A stretch of 64,000 nucleotides of DNA from an uncultured Acidobacteriota bacterium (GTDB lineage: Bacteria > Acidobacteriota > Thermoanaerobaculia > Multivoradales > UBA5704). Both the position numbers and the translations under genes were made by a program. Below the pieces are notes generated by a model that was given only the letters and a program-made list of their open reading frames with translations, was not told the origin of the DNA and did not search any database. Position 1 is the first letter of the stretch. Each line of letters begins with the position of its first letter. Below, one piece after another: positions 20,183-31,482 of the stretch. The stretch spans positions 81,266 through 145,265 of the forward strand of contig CAVXIG010000010.1 of assembly GCA_963761645.1 (NCBI GenBank). Reading direction: 5' to 3'.

Positions 20183-20763
20183 TGGCCGACCTGACGATTT
20201 CAAACCCGCAGCCGTTCGTGGTGACCGTGGCGCTCGACCGCGGGGACGGCCTGGAGACCCGGAATCTCGCCTACAACGCGGTGTGGACCGTGCCGGCAGC
20301 CGCGGACCGCCAGATCTGGATCGCCTTCTTCCTCCTGGAGAGCGGCGAGCTCCTCGCCGAGGCCGAGCTGCCGGCCGGCACCGCCAGCGCCCAGCTCCTC
20401 CTCGAGCAGCCCTACGACATCCTGCTCCGCGCGGACGTCAACGCGCCGCTCACCATCGCCAACGAGCTCGACATCCCGATCCGCGTCGACGTCCTGCCGG
20501 TCGGCCAGGCGGAGGTTCAGAGCCGCGATCTGGCCGCCGCCGGCGACGTGGGCTCGACCTGGGCCATGCCGGCCTTCGAGCACGGCCAGTGGATCGGCTT
20601 CTACTCCGAGGACGACGAGTACATCGGCGCCAGCCTCGACGGCAGCACCGAGATCGAGACGATCACCCTGAAGCACCCGGGCGCCGCCTACGTGATCGGC
20701 GATCCGTACCCGACCGGAACGCCGATCGTGACCCGCAGCTTCGTCCGCGAGCCTCAAAAGTAG
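20183..20763 (+). CDS. hypothetical protein
   Basis: ATG 20183 preceded by AAAAGGAGAGGG Shine-Dalgarno; MADLTISNPQPFVVTVALDRGDG...; no recognisable motif. Confidence 0.5.
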
Positions 20764-20770
20764 GAATTTC

Positions 20771-21301
20771 TCAACGCGCCGGCTGGGGCTTGGACTCCGC
20801 CTCGCCCCAGATCGCCGTGCCGTCCACCGCGTCGCGGACCGAGAAGACCAGCCGCTGGCGAACGTCGTCGCGCACGCGGATCGTGGTCTGGAAGCGGGCA
20901 TAGGTTCTGGCGGGCGGCGACGTCTTGAGGCTCACCTTCAAGGGTGATTCCGGCAGGCCCATCGCCACGCTCGTCCGCCGGAAGACAGCGACGCAGCTAC
21001 CCCTGGAGAACGAATCTGGATCGTCAAAATCCCCACCCCCCGCCGGATTCAGGTAGACACTGAAATCCCCCTTCACGTCGAGGCCGATCGAGATGTTGCC
21101 GTTGGTGACCGTCTGAGCATCGAACGGCGCCGAACGGAAGGTGAGCCGGGCGGTCGCCTCCCCGATGGGGCCGTCGTTGAAAAGGGCGTCCCGGACCCCC
21201 TCCAGGTGAAGGAAGTAGCCCAGGTCCTGCAACTGGCCCTGCTCGTCCAGATAGAAGCGGCCGGTGACGTACCAGGCGACGCGGCCGGGGGTGATCGGCA
21301 T
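20771..21301 (-). CDS. hypothetical protein
   Basis: 176-aa ORF convergent with previous gene; MPITPGRVAWYVTGRFYLDEQGQ...; no recognisable motif. Confidence 0.45.
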   Translation of the reverse strand: MPITPGRVAWYVTGRFYLDEQGQLQDLGYFLHLEGVRDALFNDGPIGEATARLTFRSAPFDAQTVTNGNISIGLDVKGDFSVYLNPAGGGDFDDPDSFSRGSCVAVFRRTSVAMGLPESPLKVSLKTSPPARTYARFQTTIRVRDDVRQRLVFSVRDAVDGTAIWGEAESKPQPAR

Positions 21302-21398
21302 GGGGGGACCTCCCTTGAGAAATGGGCCGGAATTCTAACGCCTCCAGCATTGCAATGCCGGAGAGCGATGCGACATCATCTCTCGCGGAGGATCCCCA

Positions 21399-22235
21399 AT
21401 GATGAAAGATGCCCGTGTCCGGCTCTTTTCCCTGCCCGCCCTGGTGATCGCGCTGGCGCTCGCTTCCGGACCGGCCCGCGCGGATTCGCAGCCCGCCGAC
21501 GTCAAGGATGGGGACAAGGCCGTAGCGACCGCACGCCAGGCCCTCGCCGTCGCGGCGACCCCCGAGGAGCGGACCCAGGCCACCACCACCCTGGGGAGCG
21601 CCCTGCTCGAGCAGCCCGACGAGAAGTCCTGGACCGAGGCCGCCAACCTGTTCAAGGAACAGGTGGCAAGCTCGAATGGGGCCCACGGCGTCGATTCGCT
21701 GCTCTCCGCGCTGCTCGCCCTCCACCGCGACCCGGAGGTGGCGGAGCTTCTGCAGTCCCAGCGGAAGCAAGGCCAGAGCACGGACAATATCCAGCAGATC
21801 CTCTGCAATGTGAACATCGGCAGCCGGTCGAAGGACGCGCGGCGGATCGACGACCGCAACGCCCGCGTGCGGAAGCTCGATCCGGATGCGCCGATGCAGG
21901 TCGGCGGCAAAGTCGGCCGGCCGGAGATCCTCCATCAGACCAAGCCCGTGATGCCCGCCGAGGCGATCAAGCATCCTGCGAGGCTCAGAACGGTGATCGT
22001 CCAAACCGTTATCGATGCGCAGGGGCAGGTCCGGAACCTCAAGGTGCTCAAGGAGCAGCCCTACGGGCTCACCGAAAGCGCCGTGAACGCCGTAAAGGCC
22101 TGGACCTTCAAACCGTCGACCCTCGACGGCGAGCCGGTTCCGGCCTGCTACGTGCTGCAGGTCAGTTACGGATCAGATAGAGGCGGCCGCCGGGCCGGCC
22201 GATCGTTCCACCCCGTGCTAGCATCCGCCCGGTGA
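21399..22235 (+). CDS. TonB C-terminal domain protein with signal peptide
   Basis: C-terminal ...[75 protein letters not shown] matches the TonB_C fold pattern. Confidence 0.65.
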   Translation: MMKDARVRLFSLPALVIALALASGPARADSQPADVKDGDKAVATARQALAVAATPEERTQATTTLGSALLEQPDEKSWTEAANLFKEQVASSNGAHGVDSLLSALLALHRDPEVAELLQSQRKQGQSTDNIQQILCNVNIGSRSKDARRIDDRNARVRKLDPDAPMQVGGKVGRPEILHQTKPVMPAEAIKHPARLRTVIVQTVIDAQGQVRNLKVLKEQPYGLTESAVNAVKAWTFKPSTLDGEPVPACYVLQVSYGSDRGGRRAGRSFHPVLASAR

Positions 22236-22251
22236 GCGCTCGGAGGACCCC

Positions 22252-24540
<2,289 letters not shown>

Positions 24541-24569
24541 CAGGCGGAGCTGTTGGACGAGCACGATTG

Positions 24570-25484
24570 ATGCACCGCGCGCCACGGGCGGGACGACTGC
24601 CGTTGGGGAACGAGGCCCGATCCCTCAGGAGAAGGCCGTTGAGCTACAACCGCGATCCCAGACCTCCGCATCCGTCCATCCAGCCCCAACACTTCGGCTG
24701 GAGCGTCGACGGCCGGGTCGCCACGGTGACGCTCAACCGGCCGGAGCGGAAGAATCCGCTCACGTTCGAGTCGTACCGGGAGCTGGCCGACACCTTTCGC
24801 GATCTTCAGCACGTCGAGGAGATCAAGGCGGTGGTGCTCACCGGCGCCGGCGAGAACTTCTGCTCGGGCGGGGACGTCCACGAGATCATCGGCCCCCTGG
24901 TCGAGATGCGCGAGTCGGGGCGGATGGACCGCCTGCTGGAGTTCACCCGCCTCACCGGCGAGCTGGTGCTCAACATGCGCCGCTGCCCGCAGCCGATCGT
25001 CGCCGCGGTCGACGGCATCTGCGCCGGCGCGGGGGCGATCCTCGCCATGGCCTCGGACCTGCGCCTCGGCACGCCGCGCAGCCGGGTGGCCTTCCTGTTC
25101 ACGCGCGTCGGCCTCTCGGGGGCGGACATGGGCGCGTGCGCGATCCTGCCGCGGATCATCGGCCAGGGGCGCGCCTCCGAGCTGCTCTACACCGGCCGCT
25201 TCATGGAAGCCGAGGAGGCCGAGCGCTGGGGGTTCTACAACCGCCTGATCCAGCCCGAGGCGCTGCACGAGGAGGCAGCCGCCCTCGCGCGGGCGATCGC
25301 CCACGGCCCCACCTTCGCGCACGCGATGACCAAGCGCCAGCTCCATCACGAGTGGGGCCTGGGAGTCGACGCGGCGATCGAGGCCGAGGCGCAGGCGCAG
25401 GCGATCTGCATGCAGACGGAGGACTTCGCCCGCGCCTACCGCGCCTTCGCCGCCAAGGAAAAGCCCTCTTTTGAAGGGAATTGA
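24570..25484 (+). CDS. enoyl-CoA hydratase/isomerase (crotonase fold)
   Basis: ...[16 protein letters not shown]...[19 protein letters not shown]...[26 protein letters not shown]...; start assignment uncertain because there is no stop codon between OYE and this domain. Confidence 0.7.
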   Translation: MHRAPRAGRLPLGNEARSLRRRPLSYNRDPRPPHPSIQPQHFGWSVDGRVATVTLNRPERKNPLTFESYRELADTFRDLQHVEEIKAVVLTGAGENFCSGGDVHEIIGPLVEMRESGRMDRLLEFTRLTGELVLNMRRCPQPIVAAVDGICAGAGAILAMASDLRLGTPRSRVAFLFTRVGLSGADMGACAILPRIIGQGRASELLYTGRFMEAEEAERWGFYNRLIQPEALHEEAAALARAIAHGPTFAHAMTKRQLHHEWGLGVDAAIEAEAQAQAICMQTEDFARAYRAFAAKEKPSFEGN

Positions 25485-25493
25485 AGGCAACTG

Positions 25494-26663
25494 ATGCCGG
25501 ATACCTCCTTTCTCACCTGGCCCTTCTTCGAGGACTCTCATCGGGAGATCGCCCGCGATCTCGACGCCTGGTGCGAACGCGAGATCGCTCCCCTGGAAGG
25601 CCAGGAGGATCAGGATCTCGACGGCACCTGCCGCGAGATCGTCCGCCGGCTCGGCGCGGGGGGTTGGCTGCGGCACGCCGTCTCCGGCGACGGCGGGCGG
25701 CTGGACGTGCGCTCGCTCTGCCTGATCCGCGAGACCCTGGGCCGCCATTCGGGGATCGCCGATTTCGCTTTTGCCTTGCAAGGTCTGGGGAGCGGTCCGC
25801 TCTCGCTCTTCGGCTCGGAAGCACAGCGCCGGGCGTGGCTGCCGCGGGTAGCCGCCGGAGAGGCGATCCCCGCCTTCGCGCTCTCCGAAGCCGACGCCGG
25901 CTCGGACGTCGCCGCCATGTCCACCACGGCGCGGCGGGACGGAGATGCCTGGGTGATCGACGGCGAGAAGACCTGGATCTCCAACGCCGGCCTGGCCGAT
26001 TTCTACGTCGTCTTCTGCCGGTTGCCGGAAGCCGGGGAAAAAGGTTTCGGAGCCTTCCTGGTCGAGGCGGACAACCCCGGGCTCCGGGTCTCCGCCCGCA
26101 TCGACGTCCTCGCTCCGCATCCGCTGGGAACGATCACGTTTCAGGATTGCCGCGTGCCGGCGGACGCCCTGATCGGCGCGCCGGGCAAGGGGCTCAAGGT
26201 GGCGCTGGCGACGCTCGACGTCTTCCGCTCCACCGTCGGCGCCGCCGCCCTCGGGTTCGCCCGCCGCGCGCTGGACGAGGCCCTGGCCTGGAGCGTCCAG
26301 CGCCGCGCCTTCGGAAAAAACCTTTCGGAGTTCCAGTTGACGCAAGGCCGGCTGGCCGACATGGCGCTCGACGTCGACGCCTCCGCCCTGCTCGTCTACC
26401 GCGCCGCCTGGACGCGGGACGCCGGGGCCGAGCGGGTCACCCGCGAGGCCGCCATGGCCAAGCTCTTCTCCACCGAGGCGGCGCAGCGGGTGATCGATCA
26501 GGCCGTGCAGCTCCTCGGCGGCCGCGGCGTGGTGGCCGGCGCGCCGGTCGAGCGGCTCTACCGCGAGGTGCGGGCGCTGCGCATCTACGAGGGGACCAGC
26601 GAAATTCAGCGGCTCGTCATCGCCGGCCAGCTCCTCGCCGGCGCGGCGAGCCAGGAGGGGTGA
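25494..26663 (+). CDS. acyl-CoA dehydrogenase
   Basis: 389 aa intact; ...[40 protein letters not shown]... and C-terminal ...[17 protein letters not shown]. Confidence 0.85.
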   Translation: MPDTSFLTWPFFEDSHREIARDLDAWCEREIAPLEGQEDQDLDGTCREIVRRLGAGGWLRHAVSGDGGRLDVRSLCLIRETLGRHSGIADFAFALQGLGSGPLSLFGSEAQRRAWLPRVAAGEAIPAFALSEADAGSDVAAMSTTARRDGDAWVIDGEKTWISNAGLADFYVVFCRLPEAGEKGFGAFLVEADNPGLRVSARIDVLAPHPLGTITFQDCRVPADALIGAPGKGLKVALATLDVFRSTVGAAALGFARRALDEALAWSVQRRAFGKNLSEFQLTQGRLADMALDVDASALLVYRAAWTRDAGAERVTREAAMAKLFSTEAAQRVIDQAVQLLGGRGVVAGAPVERLYREVRALRIYEGTSEIQRLVIAGQLLAGAASQEG

Positions 26664-28296
26664 TCCTTGGAAGAACGTCCAACACGTCCAGCGCCCACGT
26701 GGACACCTTCTGCCGCGAGTCCCTGCCGCCGCCGGAGCTGATGCCGGACCTGCGCTATGACGCGCTGCCGGAGCTCGCCTATCCGGACCGGCTGAACTGC
26801 GCCGCCGAGCTGCTCGACCGGCGGATCGCGGAAGGCGACGGCGACCGCGTCGGTCTTCCACTCCGCCGGCGGCCACTGGACCTACCGCCAGCTCCTGGAG
26901 ACCGCCAACCGCATCGCTCACGTTCTGGTGGAGGACCTCGGGATCGTGCCCGGCAACCGCGTGCTGCTGCGCGGGCCGAACAACCCGATGATGGCGGCCT
27001 GCTGGTTCGCCGTGCTCAAGGCCGGCGGCGTGGTGGTCTGCACCATGCCGCTGCTGCGCGTGCGCGAGCTGACCTACATCGCCGACAAGGCGAAGATCCG
27101 CCTCGCGCTGACCGACGCGCGGATCGCCGCCGATTGCGAGCAGGCCGCCACCTCGCGCGGAACGTGATCCATTTCAACAGCGCCGAGCCCGGCTCGCTCG
27201 AATCCCTGATGGCAGGGCAAACCCGCGACGTTCGACAACTGCGACACCGCCGCGGACGACACCGCCCTGATCGCCTTCACCTCCGGCACCACCGGGCAGG
27301 CGAAGGGGACGATGCACTTCCACCGCGACGTGATCGCCTGCTGCGACTGCTTCCCGCCCTACGTCCTGAAGGCGGAGCGGGACGACATCTTCTGCGGCTC
27401 CCCGCCGCTCGCCTTCACCTTCGGGCTCGGCGGCCTGCTCCTCTTCCCGCTGCGCATCGGCGCCTCGGCGCTGCTCCTGGAGCAGGCCTCGCCGCCGAAC
27501 CTTTTGCAAGGGATTCAGGATCACCGCGCGACCATCGTCTTCACCGCTCCGACCGCCTACCGCGCCATGGCCGATCTGGTGCAGGGGTTCGACATCTCGA
27601 GCCTCAGGAAGTGCGTCTCGGCCGGCGAGACCCTGCCGAAGCCGACCTTCGAAAAGTGGAAGGAGGCGACCGGCCTCGAGATCATCGACGGCATCGGCTC
27701 GACCGAGATGCTCCACATCTTCATCAGCTCCTCCGGCGACGAGATCCGCCCCGGCTCCACCGGCCGGGTCGTCCCCGGCTACGAGGCGCGGGTGGTGGAC
27801 GAGGACGGCAACGAGGTGCCGCCCGGCACCATCGGACACCTCGCGGTGCGCGGGCCGACCGGCTGCCGCTACCTGGACAACCTGGAGCGGCAGCGGGTCT
27901 ACGTCCGAACGGCTGGAACCTCCCGGGCGACTCCTACGTCCAGGACGCGGACGGCTACTTCTGGTACCAGGCGCGCACCGACGACATGATCGTCTCGGCG
28001 GGGCACAACATCTCCGGCCCCGAGGTCGAGAGCGTGCTGCTCGATCATCCGGCGGTCGCGGAGTGCGGCGTGGTGGCGGCGCCGGACGAGGGTCGCGGCC
28101 AGATCGTCAAGGCCTACGTCGTGACTGCGCCCGGGCTTCGACACCCGGCCAGGAGCTGATCAAGGAGCTGCAGGACTTCGTCAAGGCGGAGATCGCGCCG
28201 TACAAATATCCGCGGGCGATCGAGTTCGTCGACAGCCTGCCGCGCACCGAGACCGGCAAGCTCCAGCGCTTCCGCCTGCGGGAGCGCGCAGGTTGA
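26660..28296 (+). CDS. aryl-CoA ligase (AMP-binding enzyme; benzoate/2-aminobenzoate-CoA ligase-like), at least 5 frameshifts
   Basis: GTG start in GTGA overlap with ACAD stop; pieces in ORFs 25481..28159, 26928..27167, 27312..27989, 28063..28296: ...[19 protein letters not shown] (AMP motif)...YGSTE...[43 protein letters not shown]...[16 protein letters not shown]. Confidence 0.75.
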
Positions 28297-28692
28297 GCGA
28301 CATCCTCCTGCCGGAAGGGTGGGCCAAGCCCATCGGCTACGCCAACGGCATCGCCGCCCGCGGCCGGCTGGTCTTCGTCGCCGGCCAGATCGGCTGGAAC
28401 CCGGCGACCTGCCGAGTTCGAGACCGACGACTTCGCGGCGCAGACCGAGCAGACCCTGCGCAACGTCGCCGCCGTGCTGCGCGAGGCGGGAGCCGGCCCC
28501 GAGCACATCGCGCGGATGACCTGGTACATCACCGACAAGCCCGCCTACCTCGCCGCCCGGCGCGACATCGGCCGCGCCTGGCGCGAGATCCTCGGCCGGG
28601 TTTATCCGGCGATGGCGGTGGTGGTGGTGAGCGCCCTGATCGAGGACCGCGCCAAGGTGGAGATCGAGGCGACGGCGGTGGTGCCCGAGTAG
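28293..28692 (+). CDS. ridA: RidA/YjgF family enamine-imine deaminase (frameshift around 28410)
   Basis: TTG start in TTGA overlap with ligase stop; [37 protein letters not shown]... then ...[41 protein letters not shown]...[27 protein letters not shown]. Confidence 0.75.
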
Positions 28693-28715
28693 CGACGACA
28701 CCGCCCCGGTAGCTC

Positions 28716-29453
28716 CTATTTTTGACAGATGATATGCATCGCCGACGGTGCGGCGATGTACTCGTCCCAGAAGCCCTCGCCACGCTCGTGTTCCGATTCC
28801 GCGGGGATCAGGAAAGGCTCGATCTTGCAGGAGTGGAATCCCACGGTTCGGCATGCCTCCTCGTAGACCTCCCAGGGCCACCAGTAGAAGTCGAACTCCA
28901 CCGTGTTCGCACCGAGGTACAGTGTGCCGCGGAGCCTCGCCCCCTCGTGAAGGGTCTCGTCCAGAAGCCGGTAGCCGAACCCGTATTTTCGCTGATCGAC
29001 TACGGGCCGCGGCGGCTGGAGCGGATTGGCGATACTCGCAACGAACGGCTGGCCCGGCTCGAGGTTGTCGTAGACCGTCCGCATCATCTGGAGCAGTTGC
29101 TCCCGGCTCTCGGCATAGTGCAGGAGGTACGCGGCGGAGACACGGTCGAACGAGCCGATTTTCCCCAGCGTCGCGGCGTCCGCGACACGGTACTCGATCT
29201 CCATGGGCTCCGCGTCTTCGCGCTGCTGGGCCAACGCGATCATCTGCGCCGAGATGTCGACGCCCACCACGCGCGCGGCCCCCCACCGCTTGAGCAGGCG
29301 GGTGCCCATCCCGTCGCCGCAGGCCAGGTCGAGGACGGAGAGACCCGCCAGGTCGCCAAGCCGCTGGTGGAGCGAGTACCACTCGGCGTCGCGGAGCGGC
29401 ACGGCGGCGGAGATCCTCTGATAGTCGAGGGCAATCGAGTCGTACTGTGTCAC
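28716..29453 (-). CDS. class I SAM-dependent methyltransferase
   Basis: 245 aa intact; motif I VLDLACGDGMGT; divergent from the RiPP-like precursor gene. Confidence 0.75.
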   Translation of the reverse strand: MTQYDSIALDYQRISAAVPLRDAEWYSLHQRLGDLAGLSVLDLACGDGMGTRLLKRWGAARVVGVDISAQMIALAQQREDAEPMEIEYRVADAATLGKIGSFDRVSAAYLLHYAESREQLLQMMRTVYDNLEPGQPFVASIANPLQPPRPVVDQRKYGFGYRLLDETLHEGARLRGTLYLGANTVEFDFYWWPWEVYEEACRTVGFHSCKIEPFLIPAESEHERGEGFWDEYIAAPSAMHIICQK

Positions 29454-29597
29454 GTGTCTTCCTTCCGTGGAGTGGGTCTGCCGCCGAGCCGCGTCCTCCG
29501 GCGCCTTGGACTCACAGCCTTCACGCGTAGTGCGCTCATGGCGGCATTCTGGATTGCGAAAGGCGTGCCGGAAAAAAGCCGCGGCTGCTCTACCATC

Positions 29598-29633
29598 TCC
29601 GCTACGAATCGCTTGGAACCTCGCCCCTTTGGG
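29598..29633. repeat. 31-bp direct repeat, copy A (ccgctacgaaTcgcTtggAacctcgcccc...)
   Basis: About 87 percent identical to copy B at 30529..30565; the two copies bracket the precursor-peptide segment. Confidence 0.5.
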
Positions 29634-29673
29634 CCAAGGTCGAGATCGAGGCCACGGCGGTTGTGCCCGAGTA
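29632..29673 (+). pseudogene. remnant 3-prime fragment of a second RidA gene (encodes [13 protein letters not shown])
   Basis: gccaaggtcgagatcgaggccacggcggttgtgcccgagtaa encodes the same C-terminal peptide as ridA at 28654..28692, with synonymous differences; no upstream ORF. Confidence 0.45.
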
Positions 29674-29711
29674 AGGGCGGATCATTCTCCAAGATTGGCG
29701 GAGAGCCACGA

Positions 29712-29741
29712 TTGACAGCCCAATGTCTCGGGGAGCAAAAT
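29712..29741 (+). promoter_or_regulatory. sigma70-like promoter: -35 TTGACA (29712-29717), 18-nt spacer, -10 CAAAAT (29736-29741)
   Basis: Perfect -35 hexamer about 70 nt upstream of the precursor ATG; followed by GGAGGG Shine-Dalgarno at 29776-29781. Confidence 0.4.
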
Positions 29742-29784
29742 TGCCCGCGCGCTTTTGCGCTACCTCTCACTAACCGGAGGGCTT

Positions 29785-29946
29785 ATGAAGAAAACGTTCA
29801 AGAAGCTCAACCTCGCCAAGGAGACGATCTGCGAGCTCGACACCCTGGGAAGCGTCGTCGGGGGAGCCACCACCACCTGCAATTCTACCTTCTGCACCAG
29901 GACCTGCACGACCAGCTACAACACCTGCACGACCTACCTCTGCTGA
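29785..29946 (+). CDS. RiPP-like precursor peptide (53 aa): Gly-Gly leader plus Cys/Ser/Thr-rich core
   Basis: MKKTFKKLNLAKETICELDTLGSVVGG | ATTTCNSTFCTRTCTTSYNTCTTYLC*; strong Shine-Dalgarno and promoter; core has 5 Cys and 13 Ser/Thr of 26 residues. Confidence 0.55.
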   Translation: MKKTFKKLNLAKETICELDTLGSVVGGATTTCNSTFCTRTCTTSYNTCTTYLC

Positions 29947-30046
29947 TGGATCTCGACCGGCTGAATTGAGCGACGTCGGGGACCCGGTCGCCACAGCCGG
30001 CACGCCGTCGACGACCGGAGCGAGAAGGTCGTCGCCACTCTGCTCC

Positions 30047-30085
30047 CCGAAGTGCGGCCTTTTTGCACGGGCCCTGGTGCAAAAG
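30047..30085. terminator. hairpin gcggcctttttgcac-gggccctg-gtgcaaaaggccgc downstream of precursor gene
   Basis: 14-bp near-perfect inverted repeat about 100 nt after the precursor stop; no U-tract, so terminator function is uncertain. Confidence 0.3.
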
Positions 30086-30528
30086 GCCGCGCTTGGGTGA
30101 GCCCCTGGCGCTTGGCGGGCTCATTAACGCTCGGCCGCCGTCACGCTCCGATACACCGATTGGGGCACGTTTCCGGCCCACTAAAACCGTGGGTGGTCGC
30201 TCGTGGTGAAGCGCGTATCCTGGTTCTCGTGGTGCCCGGAGTCGAGGTCTGTTGCGAAGCCCCAGCGGGGCGGCAGCGGGCGAAGATCCGCCCGTCGGCA
30301 GCCGCCGAAACGGCTGCCACCTCGCTGGGGCACCTCGTTGGTTGACGAAGGGCGCTAGCCGTTGGACCGGTCGTCGCGCGGCTGGGTAGGATCCTCCGTG
30401 AGGGTCCCAGGGATGGTCAGGTGGCTGCTTTTCAGGAGGGACAAGAAGAGGAATAGGATTCGCATCCCCCGATTTTCCCCCAAGTGGCCGGCGTTTGTAT
30501 AGACGGGCGAGCAGTCGGCCTCATCGGA

Positions 30529-30565
30529 CCCGCTACGAAGCGCCTGGCACCTCGCCCCCTGCGAG
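30529..30565. repeat. 31-bp direct repeat, copy B
   Basis: cccgctacgaaGcgcCtggCacctcgccccc matches copy A. Confidence 0.5.
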
Positions 30566-30688
30566 ACGAAAGCGGTAGAAAAAAGACGGGGCCCTGTGTC
30601 CAGACGCAGGAGCCCCGTCAACCCGCACGGGTTTCCTTCGATTCAGTTGTCAAAGAGCGTTTTGCTCGCCAAAAGTGCTCCGCGAGCC

Positions 30689-31041
30689 TCATTCCCCGCG
30701 CCTCGAGAGGCGTTCCCCGCCTCTCGAGGCCAATCCGCTCCCTCTCGCGCCCCATTCCCTACCGCCGCAACCCGTTCCCTCCAGGGAATCAGGGATGAAG
30801 TCCAAACTTTGCCCCATTCCCCACCCTTCACGCTCCATGGGGACTCCGGAACGCGGCATTCCCCGTGGGGAACGCCGCCCGGGATCCAGGGAACGGGCCG
30901 CCAGACGTCTTCATATCATGCAAGCTCAAGTCAACGTCTCATTCCCTCTGGGGAATGCCCCGCCAGCAGCGGGGAACGCCTCATTCCCCCTTCGCCGCAA
31001 CTCATTCCCCCGAGGGAGCATCAATCACTCTATAGGGAATC
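30689..31041. repeat. dense array (about 12 copies, both orientations) of an 8-mer CATTCCCC / GGGGAATG-like motif, including palindromes
   Basis: cattccccgcg CCTCGAGAGG cgttccccg CCTCTCGAGG ... cattccct ... cgttccct ... cattcccc ... cattccccgtggggaacg ... cattccctctggggaatg ... ggggaacgcctcattccccc ... tagggaatcc; non-coding, lower G+C. Confidence 0.6.
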
Positions 31042-31293
31042 CACCGCAAAGCGAGCCTCTGAAGCGCTGAACGCTCCCGAGTCTCCGCCGCAGGGTCTTG
31101 ACGACATCCTTAACGCGGTGAATACTATTCATATAGCGCTTGTCTGTCCAGGGGCTTCGAGAAGAGGCACTCAGCAGCCCGGCGAAGGGCCTGGGGCGGC
31201 CCTGCGGATCGCCGGGCTCCGCCGTCGAGCCCGCGCTCCGTCGCCGTCCCCGAGGAACGGCCCGAGCTCTTTGACAATCGATGGACCTGCCAG

Positions 31294-31318
31294 GGGAACG
31301 GTAGCGGGGCCGTTCCCC
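31294..31318. other. hairpin ggggaacgg-tagcgggg-ccgttcccc in the 5-prime flank of IS110 transposase (same GGGGAAC/GTTCCCC motif as the array)
   Basis: 9-bp perfect inverted repeat about 170 nt upstream of the transposase start. Confidence 0.4.
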
Positions 31319-31482
31319 TTGGCTCCTACCTTTCCGCGAATGACTCGCGCCACCCTGCCCGAACCGCGTTCACCCACCGGCGAAGGCGGTAGAGATGGGA
31401 TGAGAAGGCCAACCTCCTGAGACGCAGTGCCATACTTTGGCCTGCAAACAGGAGAAAAAGCGCTGGTAGGCGCGAAAGGAGG

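Noticed and set aside
25481-28159. 892-aa plus ORF spanning ACAD and ligase
   Set aside because: Alternate-frame read-through. Only short internal stretches coincide with true ligase segments created by frameshifts.
29467-29715. 82-aa plus ORF upstream of the precursor gene
   Set aside because: No Shine-Dalgarno, overlaps the repeat/RidA-remnant and promoter region. Likely non-coding.
30596-31420. 274-aa plus ORF and the 30675..31070 ORF across the motif array
   Set aside because: The peptide periodicity simply mirrors the DNA repeats, the composition is low-complexity, and G+C content is atypical. Most likely non-coding.
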